The notes under the pieces: model-generated
Databases searched by the model: none
The model's input: only the letters and a program-made list of their open reading frames with translations
What the model was told of the DNA's origin: nothing
Position numbers and translations under genes: made by a program
Shown: piece by piece, positions 1-9,951 of the stretch
Position numbering within the stretch: the first letter of the stretch is position 1
How the letters are laid out: each line of letters starts with the position of its first letter
Assembly: GCA_040771865.1 (NCBI GenBank)
Contig: JAXGZF010000012.1
Span: forward strand, 47,639-67,638
Direction of reading: 5' to 3'
Source: Desulfobacterales bacterium
Lineage (GTDB): Bacteria > Desulfobacterota > Desulfobacteria > Desulfobacterales > UBA2245
DNA length: 20,000 nt

Positions 1-1
1 C

Positions 2-82
2 CTGGTTGCGGACAAGGATTTCGGTATTGGTCGCGTTTACGAGCTGGCCGTGGAAGATGGAAAGGTAGAGAAGGAAAATTAA
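2..82 (+). CDS. 3' end of a CDS entering from the left (unknown product)
   Basis: Open frame LVADKDFGIGRVYELAVEDGKVEKEN* ending TAA at 80-82, convergent with the Nudix gene; too short to assign. Confidence 0.5.
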   Translation: MVADKDFGIGRVYELAVEDGKVEKEN

Positions 83-126
83 ACCGCCCGCGTTCTTGAC
101 CGCAACTGTTTGCATTTCAAACTAGC

Positions 127-663
127 CTATTGGTTTAGACCGTATTTTAAAGCCTCGCGGGTTTTTGCGTGTGTTGTATAAAAAGCCCGAATGAAGTGCA
201 GATGGCTGTCAAAGGCGATGTCCGGCAGTGCATGCGCCTGAAAGCAGGCCGCTTCGGAAGCGTCGTCACCTGGCTGCATCCGGCCGGTATAGCGCCTGAC
301 CAGGAAACCGATCAGAACGACTGTATGGTAATCCGGGCTTGGATTCGCGGTTACGCCCAGCAGCCGCTCTATTTGTCCGCAAAGGCCGGTTTCTTCCTTT
401 AGTTCCCTCAGGGCAGCCTGCTCCGGCGTTTCACCGAGTTCCATGAAACCGCCGGGAAGACACCACAAGCCCTTTTGGGGTTCGACGCTTCGTTTGACCA
501 GAAGAATCCGGTCTTTTTCATCCGCGACCACCAAGCAGGTGGCGGGAATCGGATTTTCATACAAAGGCTGCCGGCAGAATTCGCAGTATAAACGAACACA
601 CCCTTCAAAAAATTTTTCTGAAAGCCGCTTCCCGCAATAGAGACAGAACTTTTTGGGGCGCAT
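127..663 (-). CDS. Nudix hydrolase with N-terminal zinc ribbon (ADP-ribose pyrophosphatase-like)
   Basis: Nudix box GGFMELGETPEQAALRELKEETGL; N-terminal CLYC...CEFC; start lies 2 nt from the aldolase stop (operon). Confidence 0.92.
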   Translation of the reverse strand: MRPKKFCLYCGKRLSEKFFEGCVRLYCEFCRQPLYENPIPATCLVVADEKDRILLVKRSVEPQKGLWCLPGGFMELGETPEQAALRELKEETGLCGQIERLLGVTANPSPDYHTVVLIGFLVRRYTGRMQPGDDASEAACFQAHALPDIAFDSHLHFIRAFYTTHAKTREALKYGLNQ

Positions 664-665
664 GG

Positions 666-1961
666 TTAATCGTCGAATTTTCCCTTCGGTCCTTTATCAG
701 ATTGAATATTCCTGGCGCGCTGCGCAATTTTTTCAGGAGTCCATTCCTGCGGGTTTTCCAGCCGGCCTGCCTTGGGGCCCGGATCGCAGCCGCCGGCCTC
801 GCAGATCGCCTGAATGGCCAGGGGCGCCGTATCCCCGGAATTAAAGACGCTTATGATCATGTTGTATACAAAATCTTCAACGCGCCGGGCCATGCGCTCC
901 CGAATTTCCACCGGCTGGCCCAACAGTCTGTTTTCAAAGGGCAGGTTGAGTTTCTTGTAGTCGCCAGCCTTGTATTTTTTGGATGCGGCATAGGCTTTCA
1001 TTTCGGCCCAGACTTCTTCGCTCACGCCCTGATTCCTGACCTTGATAAATTCGCCGTTTGCATCCATAAAGGCGTTTCCGTAATCATTGACCTCAAGACC
1101 CCAGGAGATCATTTGAAGCGCGGTAGCCACATTGGCCTTGGTGGTCCGCGTCTGAGAGGCAATGGCTCTGAGCCGGTCGGAGTTGTTTCCCGATGTTCCG
1201 TGCTGAGCTCCGGAAATACCGTATCTGGCTAGAGCTGCATGGATGTTTGCGGTGAGTTCCACCTGAATTCCCTGGTCGTTTGCCTCGATGCCGTGTGTGG
1301 TTCCGTTGTTCAGAGCAATCCAGTCCGGAAAGATATCGTGCGCATTGAGTCCCTGAATGAGAAACAGAGCCTCTTCAACCGTGCTGAGGCCTTCCTTGCC
1401 CTTGATTTCTCCAACCTCGGTTTCAAGACCCGCCCATGAAGGAACGCAGGGATTTAATGCGATATTGGCCAGCAGATTCTGATCGTCTGGCATATGAGAA
1501 GCGTCGATGGCGATCGAGGTGAGTCCCGCTTCAAACAGAGTCGGAATTTCGATCTTGGCCGGGGCAATGTCGGTCTGGGCCTTGATTCCGTAATGATCGG
1601 CATGAATGGCGACCGGTACGGTGATGTTCAGTTCATTGCACAGATTGTCCACGATTCTGGCGATATTCCAGTAATTGACTGCGCAATAGGCACTGGCCCC
1701 GCCTTCCGACCTTGCAATCTCGATCATGATGGCGGCGTTGGCCCGCTGAGCCGCCTGTAGCGCGCCTTTTATGACAAAGTAGTTTCTGCCGTTGGCGGCG
1801 ATGGCTATCGTTTTGCCTTTGTTGATCATGGCCCGATCGATAAATTTGCCGCTGACGATCAGCGCTTTTGAATTGGGGAAAAGTTTGACCACGTTGGGAG
1901 GACGGCCGATCTGAAGGGCACGTTCAAAATCCGGTTGCTTGTGAGTATTTCTTTCCGACAT
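666..1961 (-). CDS. fba: Class II fructose-bisphosphate aldolase
   Basis: VAIHADH, SIAIDAS, ETEVGEI, GTTHG, QHGTSG and KANVAT match class II aldolase metal/substrate motifs; AGGAGG RBS upstream. Confidence 0.88.
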   Translation of the reverse strand: MSERNTHKQPDFERALQIGRPPNVVKLFPNSKALIVSGKFIDRAMINKGKTIAIAANGRNYFVIKGALQAAQRANAAIMIEIARSEGGASAYCAVNYWNIARIVDNLCNELNITVPVAIHADHYGIKAQTDIAPAKIEIPTLFEAGLTSIAIDASHMPDDQNLLANIALNPCVPSWAGLETEVGEIKGKEGLSTVEEALFLIQGLNAHDIFPDWIALNNGTTHGIEANDQGIQVELTANIHAALARYGISGAQHGTSGNNSDRLRAIASQTRTTKANVATALQMISWGLEVNDYGNAFMDANGEFIKVRNQGVSEEVWAEMKAYAASKKYKAGDYKKLNLPFENRLLGQPVEIRERMARRVEDFVYNMIISVFNSGDTAPLAIQAICEAGGCDPGPKAGRLENPQEWTPEKIAQRARNIQSDKGPKGKFDD

Positions 1962-2134
1962 GGTTAAAACCTCCTTTTATTTTGAGAGGGAATCTCATCC
2001 GTCGGATTCCTTGAAACAGGGCGTCGTGTTTTTGCCGTCCGAAGCCCATAGTCGACCCGACACATCCGATGGTTGATATTTTTGGCCGCCTGAAATAACT
2101 TCGAAACAAGGCGGCATTCTTTTCAAGCTGTTTT

Positions 2135-2163
2135 AATATAAAAGAGCCACAGTGCAAATTCAA
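2135..2163 (-). promoter_or_regulatory. Putative sigma70 promoter for fba-nudix
   Basis: Minus strand TTGAAT-N17-TATATT about 175 nt upstream of the fba start. Confidence 0.35.
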
Positions 2164-2281
2164 CAAGATTGTGGAAACAGGCGCATTCCAGGATGCCTCA
2201 AAACGGTGTAAGAATCGTTCGGGCTGAAGCGGCAGGTTGCGCAATACAGTTATGGTCCGTATCCGGAAAGGAGGTTTGATT

Positions 2282-2680
2282 TTGAACAAAAAGATTATTC
2301 ACACCCCAAAAGCGCCGGAGGCCGTCGGCCCGTATTCTCAAGCCGTTCGGGCGGGGAATTTTGTTTTTGTTTCCGGACAGATTCCGGTGGATCCGGCAAC
2401 GGGAACCCCGGTTTCAGGAGACATAAAAGTCCAGACCCGCCAAGCGATTTACAATCTTTCGGCAATATTGGCTGCCGCCGGCGGCGGTCTTTCCGATGTG
2501 GTCAAAACAACGGTTTACCTGGGTTCAATGGATGATTTCTCCGCGATGAATATGACTTACGCAGAGTTTTTTGGTGCCCAGGCTCCAGCCCGCGCCTGTG
2601 TAGAGGTGTCTCGCCTTCCCAGAGGCGTGAGCCTTGAGATTGATGCCGTTGCGTTTATTCGATCTGCTTCAGATGGCTGA
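2282..2680 (+). CDS. ridA: RidA/YjgF/UK114 enamine-imine deaminase
   Basis: [41 protein letters not shown] start at 2282 follows AAGGAGG; the track start at 2237 is too far upstream. Confidence 0.93.
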   Translation: MNKKIIHTPKAPEAVGPYSQAVRAGNFVFVSGQIPVDPATGTPVSGDIKVQTRQAIYNLSAILAAAGGGLSDVVKTTVYLGSMDDFSAMNMTYAEFFGAQAPARACVEVSRLPRGVSLEIDAVAFIRSASDG

Positions 2681-2741
2681 AAACGGGCGTCTTCCCGATT
2701 TCCGGAATGAAACGTCCGAATTGCACGACTGAGAAAAATGA

Positions 2742-2775
2742 ATGCCGGATGCGCTTTCTGCAGGCGATCCGGCAT
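2742..2775. terminator. Hairpin between convergent ridA and ABM genes
   Basis: ATGCCGGAT (2742-2750) pairs with ATCCGGCAT (2767-2775), with inner CGCTT/AGGCG pairing; no strong adjacent U-tract. Confidence 0.4.
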
Positions 2776-2842
2776 CAAAATTTGAAATCATAGCGGTCGG
2801 CGCCGCTATTCATGGGGCTTCGCCCGGGACAAGCCATTTCAC

Positions 2843-3130
2843 TTATCCATAGTAGTAAGCCCTGTATTCGGTCTTCTCTCCCAGCATTGCATCGATCTGT
2901 TCCTGAAGTTCGTTGCGTTCTCTGCTTCCGGCCCATCGTTTCCAGTCTTCAAGGGATTGCCAGGTTCCGATGACCAGGTACTCGGTGGGGTTGTCGGCGC
3001 CCCTGAGCGTTTCGCCGGTGATGTACCCCGGCTGGTTCATTGCGCTGTTTCTCAACTGCCGTAAGATCGGCAGCAACGATTTTGACTTATGTTCCGGAAC
3101 GATCCGCTTGATAAGAACCTTGATTGCCAT
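2843..3130 (-). CDS. Antibiotic biosynthesis monooxygenase (ABM)-family protein, 95 aa
   Basis: MAIKVLIKR...QPGYITGETL...YLVIGTWQSLEDWKRW is the ABM pattern; ATG at 3130 follows AAGGAGG. The track's longer N-terminus is probably not real. Confidence 0.85.
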   Translation of the reverse strand: MAIKVLIKRIVPEHKSKSLLPILRQLRNSAMNQPGYITGETLRGADNPTEYLVIGTWQSLEDWKRWAGSRERNELQEQIDAMLGEKTEYRAYYYG

Positions 3131-3434
3131 GAAAACCTCCTTTTCTGTTGCTGAGTTTTGAATAAACCGAACGGTTTGTAAATTGCTGACCTGAGCAAAA
3201 TTCAATCCAAAGCTTGACAAGATCGGTTGATCGACATGGGCTGATGATGGTCGGCTCGGTTTTGATTCAACCAAATGAAGGCACCTGACCACCTGACCGC
3301 AGTGTGCACTTGGTTCACAATACAAAAAACAAGTTATTAAACGTCTTTGGTACGTCCGCCGTCTGTACAGAACAGCATTGTCGAAAAAAGAATGAAAGAA
3401 GACGGGTAAGGCTGAAAATCTATTTTACTAACTC

Positions 3435-3464
3435 AATATAAAAAGGATCGTAACCTTGTGTCAA
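3435..3464 (-). promoter_or_regulatory. Putative sigma70 promoter toward the ABM gene
   Basis: Minus strand TTGACA-N18-TATATT; the -35 lies within the palindrome CCTTG-TGT-CAAGG. Confidence 0.4.
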
Positions 3465-3578
3465 GGAAAAACAGGGGAAATGATCCGGTTCCGAAAAGCA
3501 TGTTCTCAATGATGGAAACAGAATGATATCAGCGGATCGATTTTAACTTCGAACAAGACAATCCGGGGAAACAATGAT

Positions 3579-3606
3579 TTGACAATATAAACAGGTTGTG
3601 TAAATT
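3579..3606 (+). promoter_or_regulatory. Putative sigma70 promoter toward the LpoA-like gene and waaA
   Basis: TTGACA (3579-3584)-N16-TAAATT (3601-3606). Confidence 0.35.
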
Positions 3607-3844
3607 GAGCGCCATGTCGGTGCATTTAAGAATCTGTTAGGGCGAGCTGCTCTCAGCGTTTCTTTTTCCTTCAGGAGTGATTTCGGGTTAAGCTGCTGTT
3701 TCCAAGAGCAAATGTTCATGAGCGGACGGGCTTTGACTTGAGGAAGACAAAACGGCAATTGCATCGCCATACCGGTTTCTTCGGGCCAGGGTTCTTCCAA
3801 TGTGTGCGGTTTCTGATAAAAGCTTACAGGGGCGTCGAGTGGGT

Positions 3845-5746
3845 ATGATAAAAAGGATGATGCTAATCATGGTGGCGCTTTTCTGCGCCTGCGGCCCAAA
3901 GCCCTTGATCGAGCGAACTGTGCAGGACGATTCTGATGCGCTTTTTTTTAAGGCGGATGAGTCTTTTCGAAATCAATCGCATGATAAAGCCCTGTCCGGC
4001 TTTCAGGAATATATGAGCCGTTTTCCGGGTGGAAAACGGGCGCCGGATGCGCTCATGAAAATCGGGGCTATTCATTCCTCCAGAAAAAAGTATTCGGAAG
4101 CACGCAACAGCTATCAGCGCCTTATGGACGCCTATCCCGCAAGCTCCCTTGTTCCGGACGCCTTTGTGGCGCGACTGTATACCTTCTACCAGGAGGGACA
4201 ATACAAAATCGTGATCGAGGAAGCCGGAAAGTCGTCGCTTCAGACATTTCCCGCCCTGCAGCTGTTACGATTATTCACACTTAAGGGCGATTCCTATGCC
4301 GCTCTGGGCGAATGCTCAGATGCGGTTTTGTATTACAGCCAGGCTTATGAAATGGCGCAGGGCGCTGAAAAGGAAGTGATTGCATCCAAGGTTCAGAGTT
4401 CGGTGATTCAGCTCAGCTCTCCGGAAATTCAGTCGGTTCTCAAGGAGATTAAACCGCCCTATGTAACGGGTTTGCTGTGGTACCAACAGGCCATGAATGA
4501 GGCTGCGCAGGGCAGGTTTGACGAAGCATCGGCATGGCTTCAGCAGCTCTTGGATGCGATGCCCGATCATCCTCTGGCTGAAGACGCCCGCAGGCGGGCT
4601 GTCGAATATGCCGCACCTTCCCGGTTCGATCGGCGCACGGTGGGATGTCTGCTCCCTTTAAGCGGCCGGTACCGGGTTTACGGGGAAGGGGTGCTTAAGG
4701 GAATTCAGCTGGCTCTGAGCCGCTATGGGATTTTGAGAAATTCGGAAATCAAAGTGCTGATTCAGGATACCGGATCGGATCCGTCTATGGCGGTGGCGGG
4801 AGTGCGGAAACTGGTCGAACAAAAGGCGGCGGTCATTATCGGCCCGCTGGTAACGGCCGATGCGGCTGCGCCCGAAGCTCAAAAGTGCGGCATTCCGATC
4901 ATTGTCCTGACTCAGAAGGAAAACGTCACCGGAATCGGAGATTATGTTTTTCGAAACTTTTTAACGCCCGGCATGCAGGTTGAGCAAGCGTTGGAGTATG
5001 CCGTTCAGACGCTGGGGCTCAAGCGATTTGCAATCATGTATCCCGATGAAAAATACGGCAAAATATTTACGGGCCTTTTTGGGGATGCGGTGATCGCTTA
5101 TGGGGGATCTCTCTGCTGTGTGGAATCCTATTCTCCGAATCAAACCGATTTTGCAGATGTGATTAAAAAACTCGCCGGAACAGCCCGCCGGATAGCTCAG
5201 CGACTCAAACCGACGGAGTCGGTTCTTGCCGGCGGCATGACCGTGGACGGTTCGATCGTGGAGAAGCCGGCAGTTGATTTCGATGCCCTTTTTATTCCCG
5301 ATGCGCTGAAAAATGTTGAATTAATTCTTCCCCAGCTGGCCTACCATGATGTTGAAGGCATGTATCTGATCGGCACCAATCTCTGGCACCATTCTGAGCT
5401 GGTGAAAACCTGTCAGCAGTTCATTCAGCAGGCCATTATTCCGGATGGGTTTTTTTCGGAAAGCCAGAACCCTGATGTTCAGGATTTTGTCCGTATCTTT
5501 GAAGATACCTTTGGCGAAAAGCCCGGCTTTGTAGAGGCAGTCAGTTATGATACGGCCGTCATGCTGTTTCAGTTGCTTCACCGCGGGGTTGATTCACGAA
5601 GCGCTTTGCGGGACGAACTGATCCGTATTCGAGATTTTCCGGGAATAACCGGAAAAACCAGTTTCACCGAGAGTGGTGATGCGCTGAAAAAGCTCTATCT
5701 GCTGCGTGTAAGGGGAGACAGATTCGTCGAAATCAGCCGGCCGTAG
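3845..5746 (+). CDS. Lipoprotein with TPR repeats and a type 1 periplasmic-binding domain (LpoA/LppC-like penicillin-binding protein activator)
   Basis: Signal peptide and lipobox MIKRMMLIMVALFCAC; TPR helices (FPGGKRAPDALMKIG, YPASSLVPDA); C-terminal VGCLLPLSG...IIGPL...FPGITG of the PBP1/LppC fold. Start uncertain (3800/3845/3857). Confidence 0.8.
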   Translation: MIKRMMLIMVALFCACGPKPLIERTVQDDSDALFFKADESFRNQSHDKALSGFQEYMSRFPGGKRAPDALMKIGAIHSSRKKYSEARNSYQRLMDAYPASSLVPDAFVARLYTFYQEGQYKIVIEEAGKSSLQTFPALQLLRLFTLKGDSYAALGECSDAVLYYSQAYEMAQGAEKEVIASKVQSSVIQLSSPEIQSVLKEIKPPYVTGLLWYQQAMNEAAQGRFDEASAWLQQLLDAMPDHPLAEDARRRAVEYAAPSRFDRRTVGCLLPLSGRYRVYGEGVLKGIQLALSRYGILRNSEIKVLIQDTGSDPSMAVAGVRKLVEQKAAVIIGPLVTADAAAPEAQKCGIPIIVLTQKENVTGIGDYVFRNFLTPGMQVEQALEYAVQTLGLKRFAIMYPDEKYGKIFTGLFGDAVIAYGGSLCCVESYSPNQTDFADVIKKLAGTARRIAQRLKPTESVLAGGMTVDGSIVEKPAVDFDALFIPDALKNVELILPQLAYHDVEGMYLIGTNLWHHSELVKTCQQFIQQAIIPDGFFSESQNPDVQDFVRIFEDTFGEKPGFVEAVSYDTAVMLFQLLHRGVDSRSALRDELIRIRDFPGITGKTSFTESGDALKKLYLLRVRGDRFVEISRP

Positions 5747-5785
5747 CCGGCGCATTTTCCGCCTGACGGGCGCATACAAATTTTC

Positions 5786-7099
5786 ATGAATTTTGCCTAT
5801 TCTGTTTATTTAGCATTGAGTACGGCCGTTTTTTTGGTCCTGTACCCTTTTGCCCGGATTTGCCTGATGTTGACCGGCCGGTTCGGAAGGGGGTTTTCCG
5901 AGCGTATGGGAAGGTACCGGCCTGAGAAGCCGGTCAGAGTTGCCGGCCGGACGCCGCGCATATGGATCCATGCCGTATCCGTGGGTGAGATCGGCGTGGC
6001 TCAGCCGATCATCGATGCCCTGAAAACCCAGATGCCCGAATGTGCCATAATCCTTTCCACATCCACCGATCACGGAAAAGCCGTGGCCGATGAATGCGTC
6101 CGCTCAGTCGATGCGTGCGTTTATGCGCCGGTGGATTTTATCCTGTGCGTACGTCGCGCCTTGTCCGCATTTCGTCCCGATATTCTGGTGTGTCTGGAAA
6201 CCGAAATTTGGCCGAACTGGATCATTCAGGCTGCTCGAAGCGGCATTCGGACCGCTTTGGTCAATGGAAGGGTTTCGTCAAGATCCATTCAAAGATATTT
6301 GAAAATCCGCCCTCTCATGCGTTATGTTCTGGAGCATATCGACGGATTCAGCATGATCAGCCGGGTGGATTCGGATCGTATTGTTCAGATGGGGGCGCGG
6401 ACGCGGCGGGTCAGGGTTTCCGGCAATGCAAAGTATGACCGGCTTCTTTCGCGCGCCTTACCTGAGATGCTGGAAGGGCAGAAAAAGCTGTATCGAGTTT
6501 CCGATCAGCCGGTTTTTGTGGCAGGCAGCATTCGAGGACAGGAACCTGAGATGCTGATGAATGCCTGTGACCGGATTCGAAAAAGATTTCCGGAACTTCT
6601 GGTGATTCTGGCGCCCCGGCATATCCATCGGGCAAAGGAGATTCGGGCCATGATTCAGGCCAGGGGAGTTGCCTGTCAGCTTCGAACCGAGCTTGCCGCC
6701 GATCCGAGAACGGCCCCGGTGGTGGTTGTGGACACCATCGGAGAACTTCAGACCTTGTACGGAATGGCGAGCGTGGTTTTTTGCGGAGGCAGCCTGGTCG
6801 CCCTGGGCGGGCAGAACGTTCTGGAAGCCGCAATTTGGGCAAAGCCCGTCATCTATGGGCCCTTTATGGAGGATTTCCAGGATGCCCGGGATCTGCTTTG
6901 CCGATGGCGGGCATCCATCGAGGTGGAGGATTGGCATCAGCTTTCCGAAAAGCTTATGAGCCTGCTGGAAAATCCTCAGGAAGCGCGTCGTATCGGCCAA
7001 AGCGCCAGACAGGCCGTTTTGTCTGTCGATGGGGCCGCCCAAAGACATGCAGCGGTGATTGTGCAACTGTTGAATGAAAAACAAAAAATCCGGAGTTGA
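5786..7099 (+). CDS. waaA: 3-deoxy-D-manno-octulosonic acid (Kdo) transferase
   Basis: IWIHAVSVGE, ETEIWPN, VNGRVS, GNAKYD, APRH, DTIGEL, GGSL, GGQNVLEAA motifs; N-terminal membrane anchor. Confidence 0.96.
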   Translation: MNFAYSVYLALSTAVFLVLYPFARICLMLTGRFGRGFSERMGRYRPEKPVRVAGRTPRIWIHAVSVGEIGVAQPIIDALKTQMPECAIILSTSTDHGKAVADECVRSVDACVYAPVDFILCVRRALSAFRPDILVCLETEIWPNWIIQAARSGIRTALVNGRVSSRSIQRYLKIRPLMRYVLEHIDGFSMISRVDSDRIVQMGARTRRVRVSGNAKYDRLLSRALPEMLEGQKKLYRVSDQPVFVAGSIRGQEPEMLMNACDRIRKRFPELLVILAPRHIHRAKEIRAMIQARGVACQLRTELAADPRTAPVVVVDTIGELQTLYGMASVVFCGGSLVALGGQNVLEAAIWAKPVIYGPFMEDFQDARDLLCRWRASIEVEDWHQLSEKLMSLLENPQEARRIGQSARQAVLSVDGAAQRHAAVIVQLLNEKQKIRS

Positions 7100-7159
7100 C
7101 TTCGACCTGGAATTCACCTTTTCCGGCGTTTGAACGTTCGGCCGAATCGTTTTTCCAGG

Positions 7160-8503
7160 TCAGGCCTGCCTTGCGTTTATCAAACACTCCTGTCCGGTTG
7201 TTTCCAGAACGCTGAGCCAGAGCGTTCCATTCGGATTGACCTGCTTGCGTTTTCCCGCCGAAGCATTCATGGGGATATGGACAAAATGGTTGTTCCAGTG
7301 TCCGACCAGAAGCTGTGTTTTCCCGGCCATTCCTGCATGGACCGCGTTTCGTCCCAGAAACGAGCAGAAGACATTGTCACCGGCATTGGCTGGCAGGCTT
7401 CGAATCATATAGCTTGGATCGATATATTTCAAAGAGATATCGATGCCTTTTTTCTTGAAATAGTCAGAGATCTCTTCTTTTAACAACCACCCGATGTCGT
7501 TCAGCCGGATGTTTCCGGAGGCATCCTTTTGTTGCTCAACGTCTTTGAAAAATTTCTGCCCGGCGCCTTCGGCCACCACGATCACGGCATGACCGCGGAG
7601 TTTCAAGCGGTTTTCCAGAGCCTGAAGAAGTCCGTTCGGTCCGCGCAGGTCAAAATCCACCTCGGGAATGAGTACGAAGTTTGCATCCTGCTGGGCCAGA
7701 GCGGCCGTGGCTGCGATAAAGCCCGAATGACGCCCCATCAGCTTGATCAGTCCGATGCCGTTGGGGTAGCCTTCTGATTCATTGTGTGCGCCCTCAATCG
7801 CCTGCGTGGCCACATCCACGGCCGTGTCAAATCCAAAAGATCGAGAAACCATGTAAATGTCGTTGTCTATGGTTTTCGGGATGCCGACGACGCTGATTTT
7901 GAGGCCTCTTTCCTGAATCGATTCGGAAATTTTCAGAGCAGCCATCAAGGTTCCGTCTCCGCCGATCATGAACAGAATTCCGATGTTCATACGCTCCAGG
8001 CAATCGATGATTTCCTCGATGGGCTGCGGACCCCGTGAGGATCCTAAAATCGAGCCCCCCATGTCCAGAATATTGACCACGGAGGCGGGCTTCAGATCCA
8101 TGATATCGTGACCGTAGCGTGGAATGAATCCCTGAAGGCCGTAACGTATGCCGTAAATATTGTGGACTCCGTAGCCATGATACAGCTGGAGAACGATGGA
8201 ACGGATGATGCCGTTGAGCCCGGGACAAAGCCCTCCGCAGGTAACCAGAGCGCATCTGAGCTTGCTTGGATCAAAATAGATGCGGTTCCGGGGACCGGCC
8301 AGCTCAAAGGTCGGCACTGCTTCGTCGGCCTGAAATTTGCGGGCAATGGTGCTCAGGTCCACATCGATCAATATTCGATCGTTGTCCGAAACATACAGAT
8401 CTTCGTCGCATTTCTGCAATCCTCTGCTCAGCGGCGATGGAATCTTGGCCTCGCCGAGTGACGAAATTTTCGTTTCCAGCGAATCATGATTAGGTATGTC
8501 CAT
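7160..8503 (-). CDS. pfkA: 6-phosphofructokinase, group II clade X type, predicted ATP-dependent
   Basis: VTCGGLCPGLN, GGDGT, PKTIDND, MGRHSG, YIDPSYMIRS. Gly in GGDG (not GGDD) indicates ATP preference. AGGAGAGG RBS. Confidence 0.92.
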   Translation of the reverse strand: MDIPNHDSLETKISSLGEAKIPSPLSRGLQKCDEDLYVSDNDRILIDVDLSTIARKFQADEAVPTFELAGPRNRIYFDPSKLRCALVTCGGLCPGLNGIIRSIVLQLYHGYGVHNIYGIRYGLQGFIPRYGHDIMDLKPASVVNILDMGGSILGSSRGPQPIEEIIDCLERMNIGILFMIGGDGTLMAALKISESIQERGLKISVVGIPKTIDNDIYMVSRSFGFDTAVDVATQAIEGAHNESEGYPNGIGLIKLMGRHSGFIAATAALAQQDANFVLIPEVDFDLRGPNGLLQALENRLKLRGHAVIVVAEGAGQKFFKDVEQQKDASGNIRLNDIGWLLKEEISDYFKKKGIDISLKYIDPSYMIRSLPANAGDNVFCSFLGRNAVHAGMAGKTQLLVGHWNNHFVHIPMNASAGKRKQVNPNGTLWLSVLETTGQECLINARQA

Positions 8504-8542
8504 GAGGTCCTCTCCTTTGAAAAGGTTCGAAGTTTTCCGGTG

Positions 8543-9523
8543 TCAGGGGGTTGAACCGTTAAACTTGAATTCACCTTTGCCAAGGATATCGTGCAGGTGA
8601 AGAATACCCATGACCTGCCCGGAAAAACTGGTGATCGGCAGTACCGTAATCTGGTATTGTTCCATCATGTTCAGCGCGTCATAAGCCGGAATGTCGGGGC
8701 CGAGGGTACGCGGATTTTGCGTCATGACCTCCTCGACGTACATCTCGTAGATCGGTTTTTTCTTGGCGATGCATCGCCGAATGTCGCCGTCGGTAATGAT
8801 GCCGGCCAGCGCATGATCGGCCCTGGTTACCAGGGTGACTCCCATTTCCATGCGGTCGATCTCCCGAATCGCCTCATCCATGCGACAGCCTTCCATAACG
8901 AAGGGAACCTCATGGCCGGTGAGCATGATGTCCTTTACCTTGCTGCTCAGCCGCTGACCCAGAATGCCGCCCGGGTGAATTTTTTTGAAGTCGCTGGTGT
9001 TGAAATGCCTTTTATTGATCAGGACCACGGCCAGCGCATCTCCCATGGCCAGCATGGCGGTTGTGCTGGCGGTCGGGGCAAGCCCCAGGGGGCAGGCTTC
9101 GCGTTCCACGCCGACATCAATGACGATGTCGCTGTTTTTGGCCAGAGTGGAGCAAGGGTTTCCGGTAAAGGCGATGATGGTGCATCCGATCACGCGTATG
9201 CTGGGCAGCAGCAGGTTGAGCTCGTCGGTTTCCCCGCTGTTGGAAAGCGCAAGAAAGATGTCGTCCGGACAGACGATGCCCAGATCGCCGTGCATGGCTT
9301 CGACCGGATGCAGAAAGACCGAGCGGGTGCCCGTGCTGTTGAGAGTGGCGGCGATTTTCCGGCCGACGATGCCCGATTTTCCGATTCCTCCGATAATAAT
9401 TCTGCCCTTGCAGTTATAAATCAGGTCCACCATCTCGACAAAACAATGATCGATCCGCTCGATAAGCCTCAAAATTCCTTCCGCTTCGATTCTAAGAACA
9501 TCAGCGGCCTGCTGAATCATCAT
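8543..9523 (-). CDS. kdsD: KdsD/KpsF/GutQ arabinose-5-phosphate isomerase (SIS domain plus CBS pair)
   Basis: GIGKSG, HPVEAMHGDLG, SNSGET, EACPLGLAPTAST, HPGG, GIITDGD, LHLHDIL. Confidence 0.95.
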   Translation of the reverse strand: MMIQQAADVLRIEAEGILRLIERIDHCFVEMVDLIYNCKGRIIIGGIGKSGIVGRKIAATLNSTGTRSVFLHPVEAMHGDLGIVCPDDIFLALSNSGETDELNLLLPSIRVIGCTIIAFTGNPCSTLAKNSDIVIDVGVEREACPLGLAPTASTTAMLAMGDALAVVLINKRHFNTSDFKKIHPGGILGQRLSSKVKDIMLTGHEVPFVMEGCRMDEAIREIDRMEMGVTLVTRADHALAGIITDGDIRRCIAKKKPIYEMYVEEVMTQNPRTLGPDIPAYDALNMMEQYQITVLPITSFSGQVMGILHLHDILGKGEFKFNGSTP

Positions 9524-9951
9524 AACGCTTTTATTCCAATTCTGATCTGTATGTATAGCGTCTAATGCGCTCTGGTTTTATTGAAATCAAACTGTAATTG
9601 ATTAATCTGCCAATTTTTGCGGCAAAAATCAAGATGACTTTTCAATCGGTTTCGGACAGCTCCTATAGAGCTTTACTTCATTACAGATCATATCCCTTTC
9701 CGCCTTACAAAATAGATAATTCAGATACATATCCTTATATAAATTGATAAAATCTTTTGATTTTGATATGTTTAAGATTAATGAAGATATCGTAAAACAT
9801 TCAATTTCAAGGCGTCGCAAACTCAGACGAGTGGTGCCAAGGCAGAAATAAAGCTTTCAATACTTAAGGTCAATGACCAGCATCATTCATGCGGCATGAC
9901 ATAAAGGCAGATCTCGCGCTCATATCAACCTTTTGGGAAAGGAGGCAGGTT

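Noticed and set aside
2742..2775. Enterobacterial REP-like element (GCCGGATGCG...ATCCGGC)
   Set aside because: Single copy in the window, lacks the REP tail, no RAYT gene; treated as an ordinary hairpin.
8591..9565. 324-aa plus-strand ORF
   Set aside because: Antisense shadow of kdsD with no recognisable motifs.
9540..9870. PerR/Fur/OxyR operator in the AT-rich kdsD-prxU intergenic region
   Set aside because: Plausible location, but I found no convincing palindrome matching a consensus.
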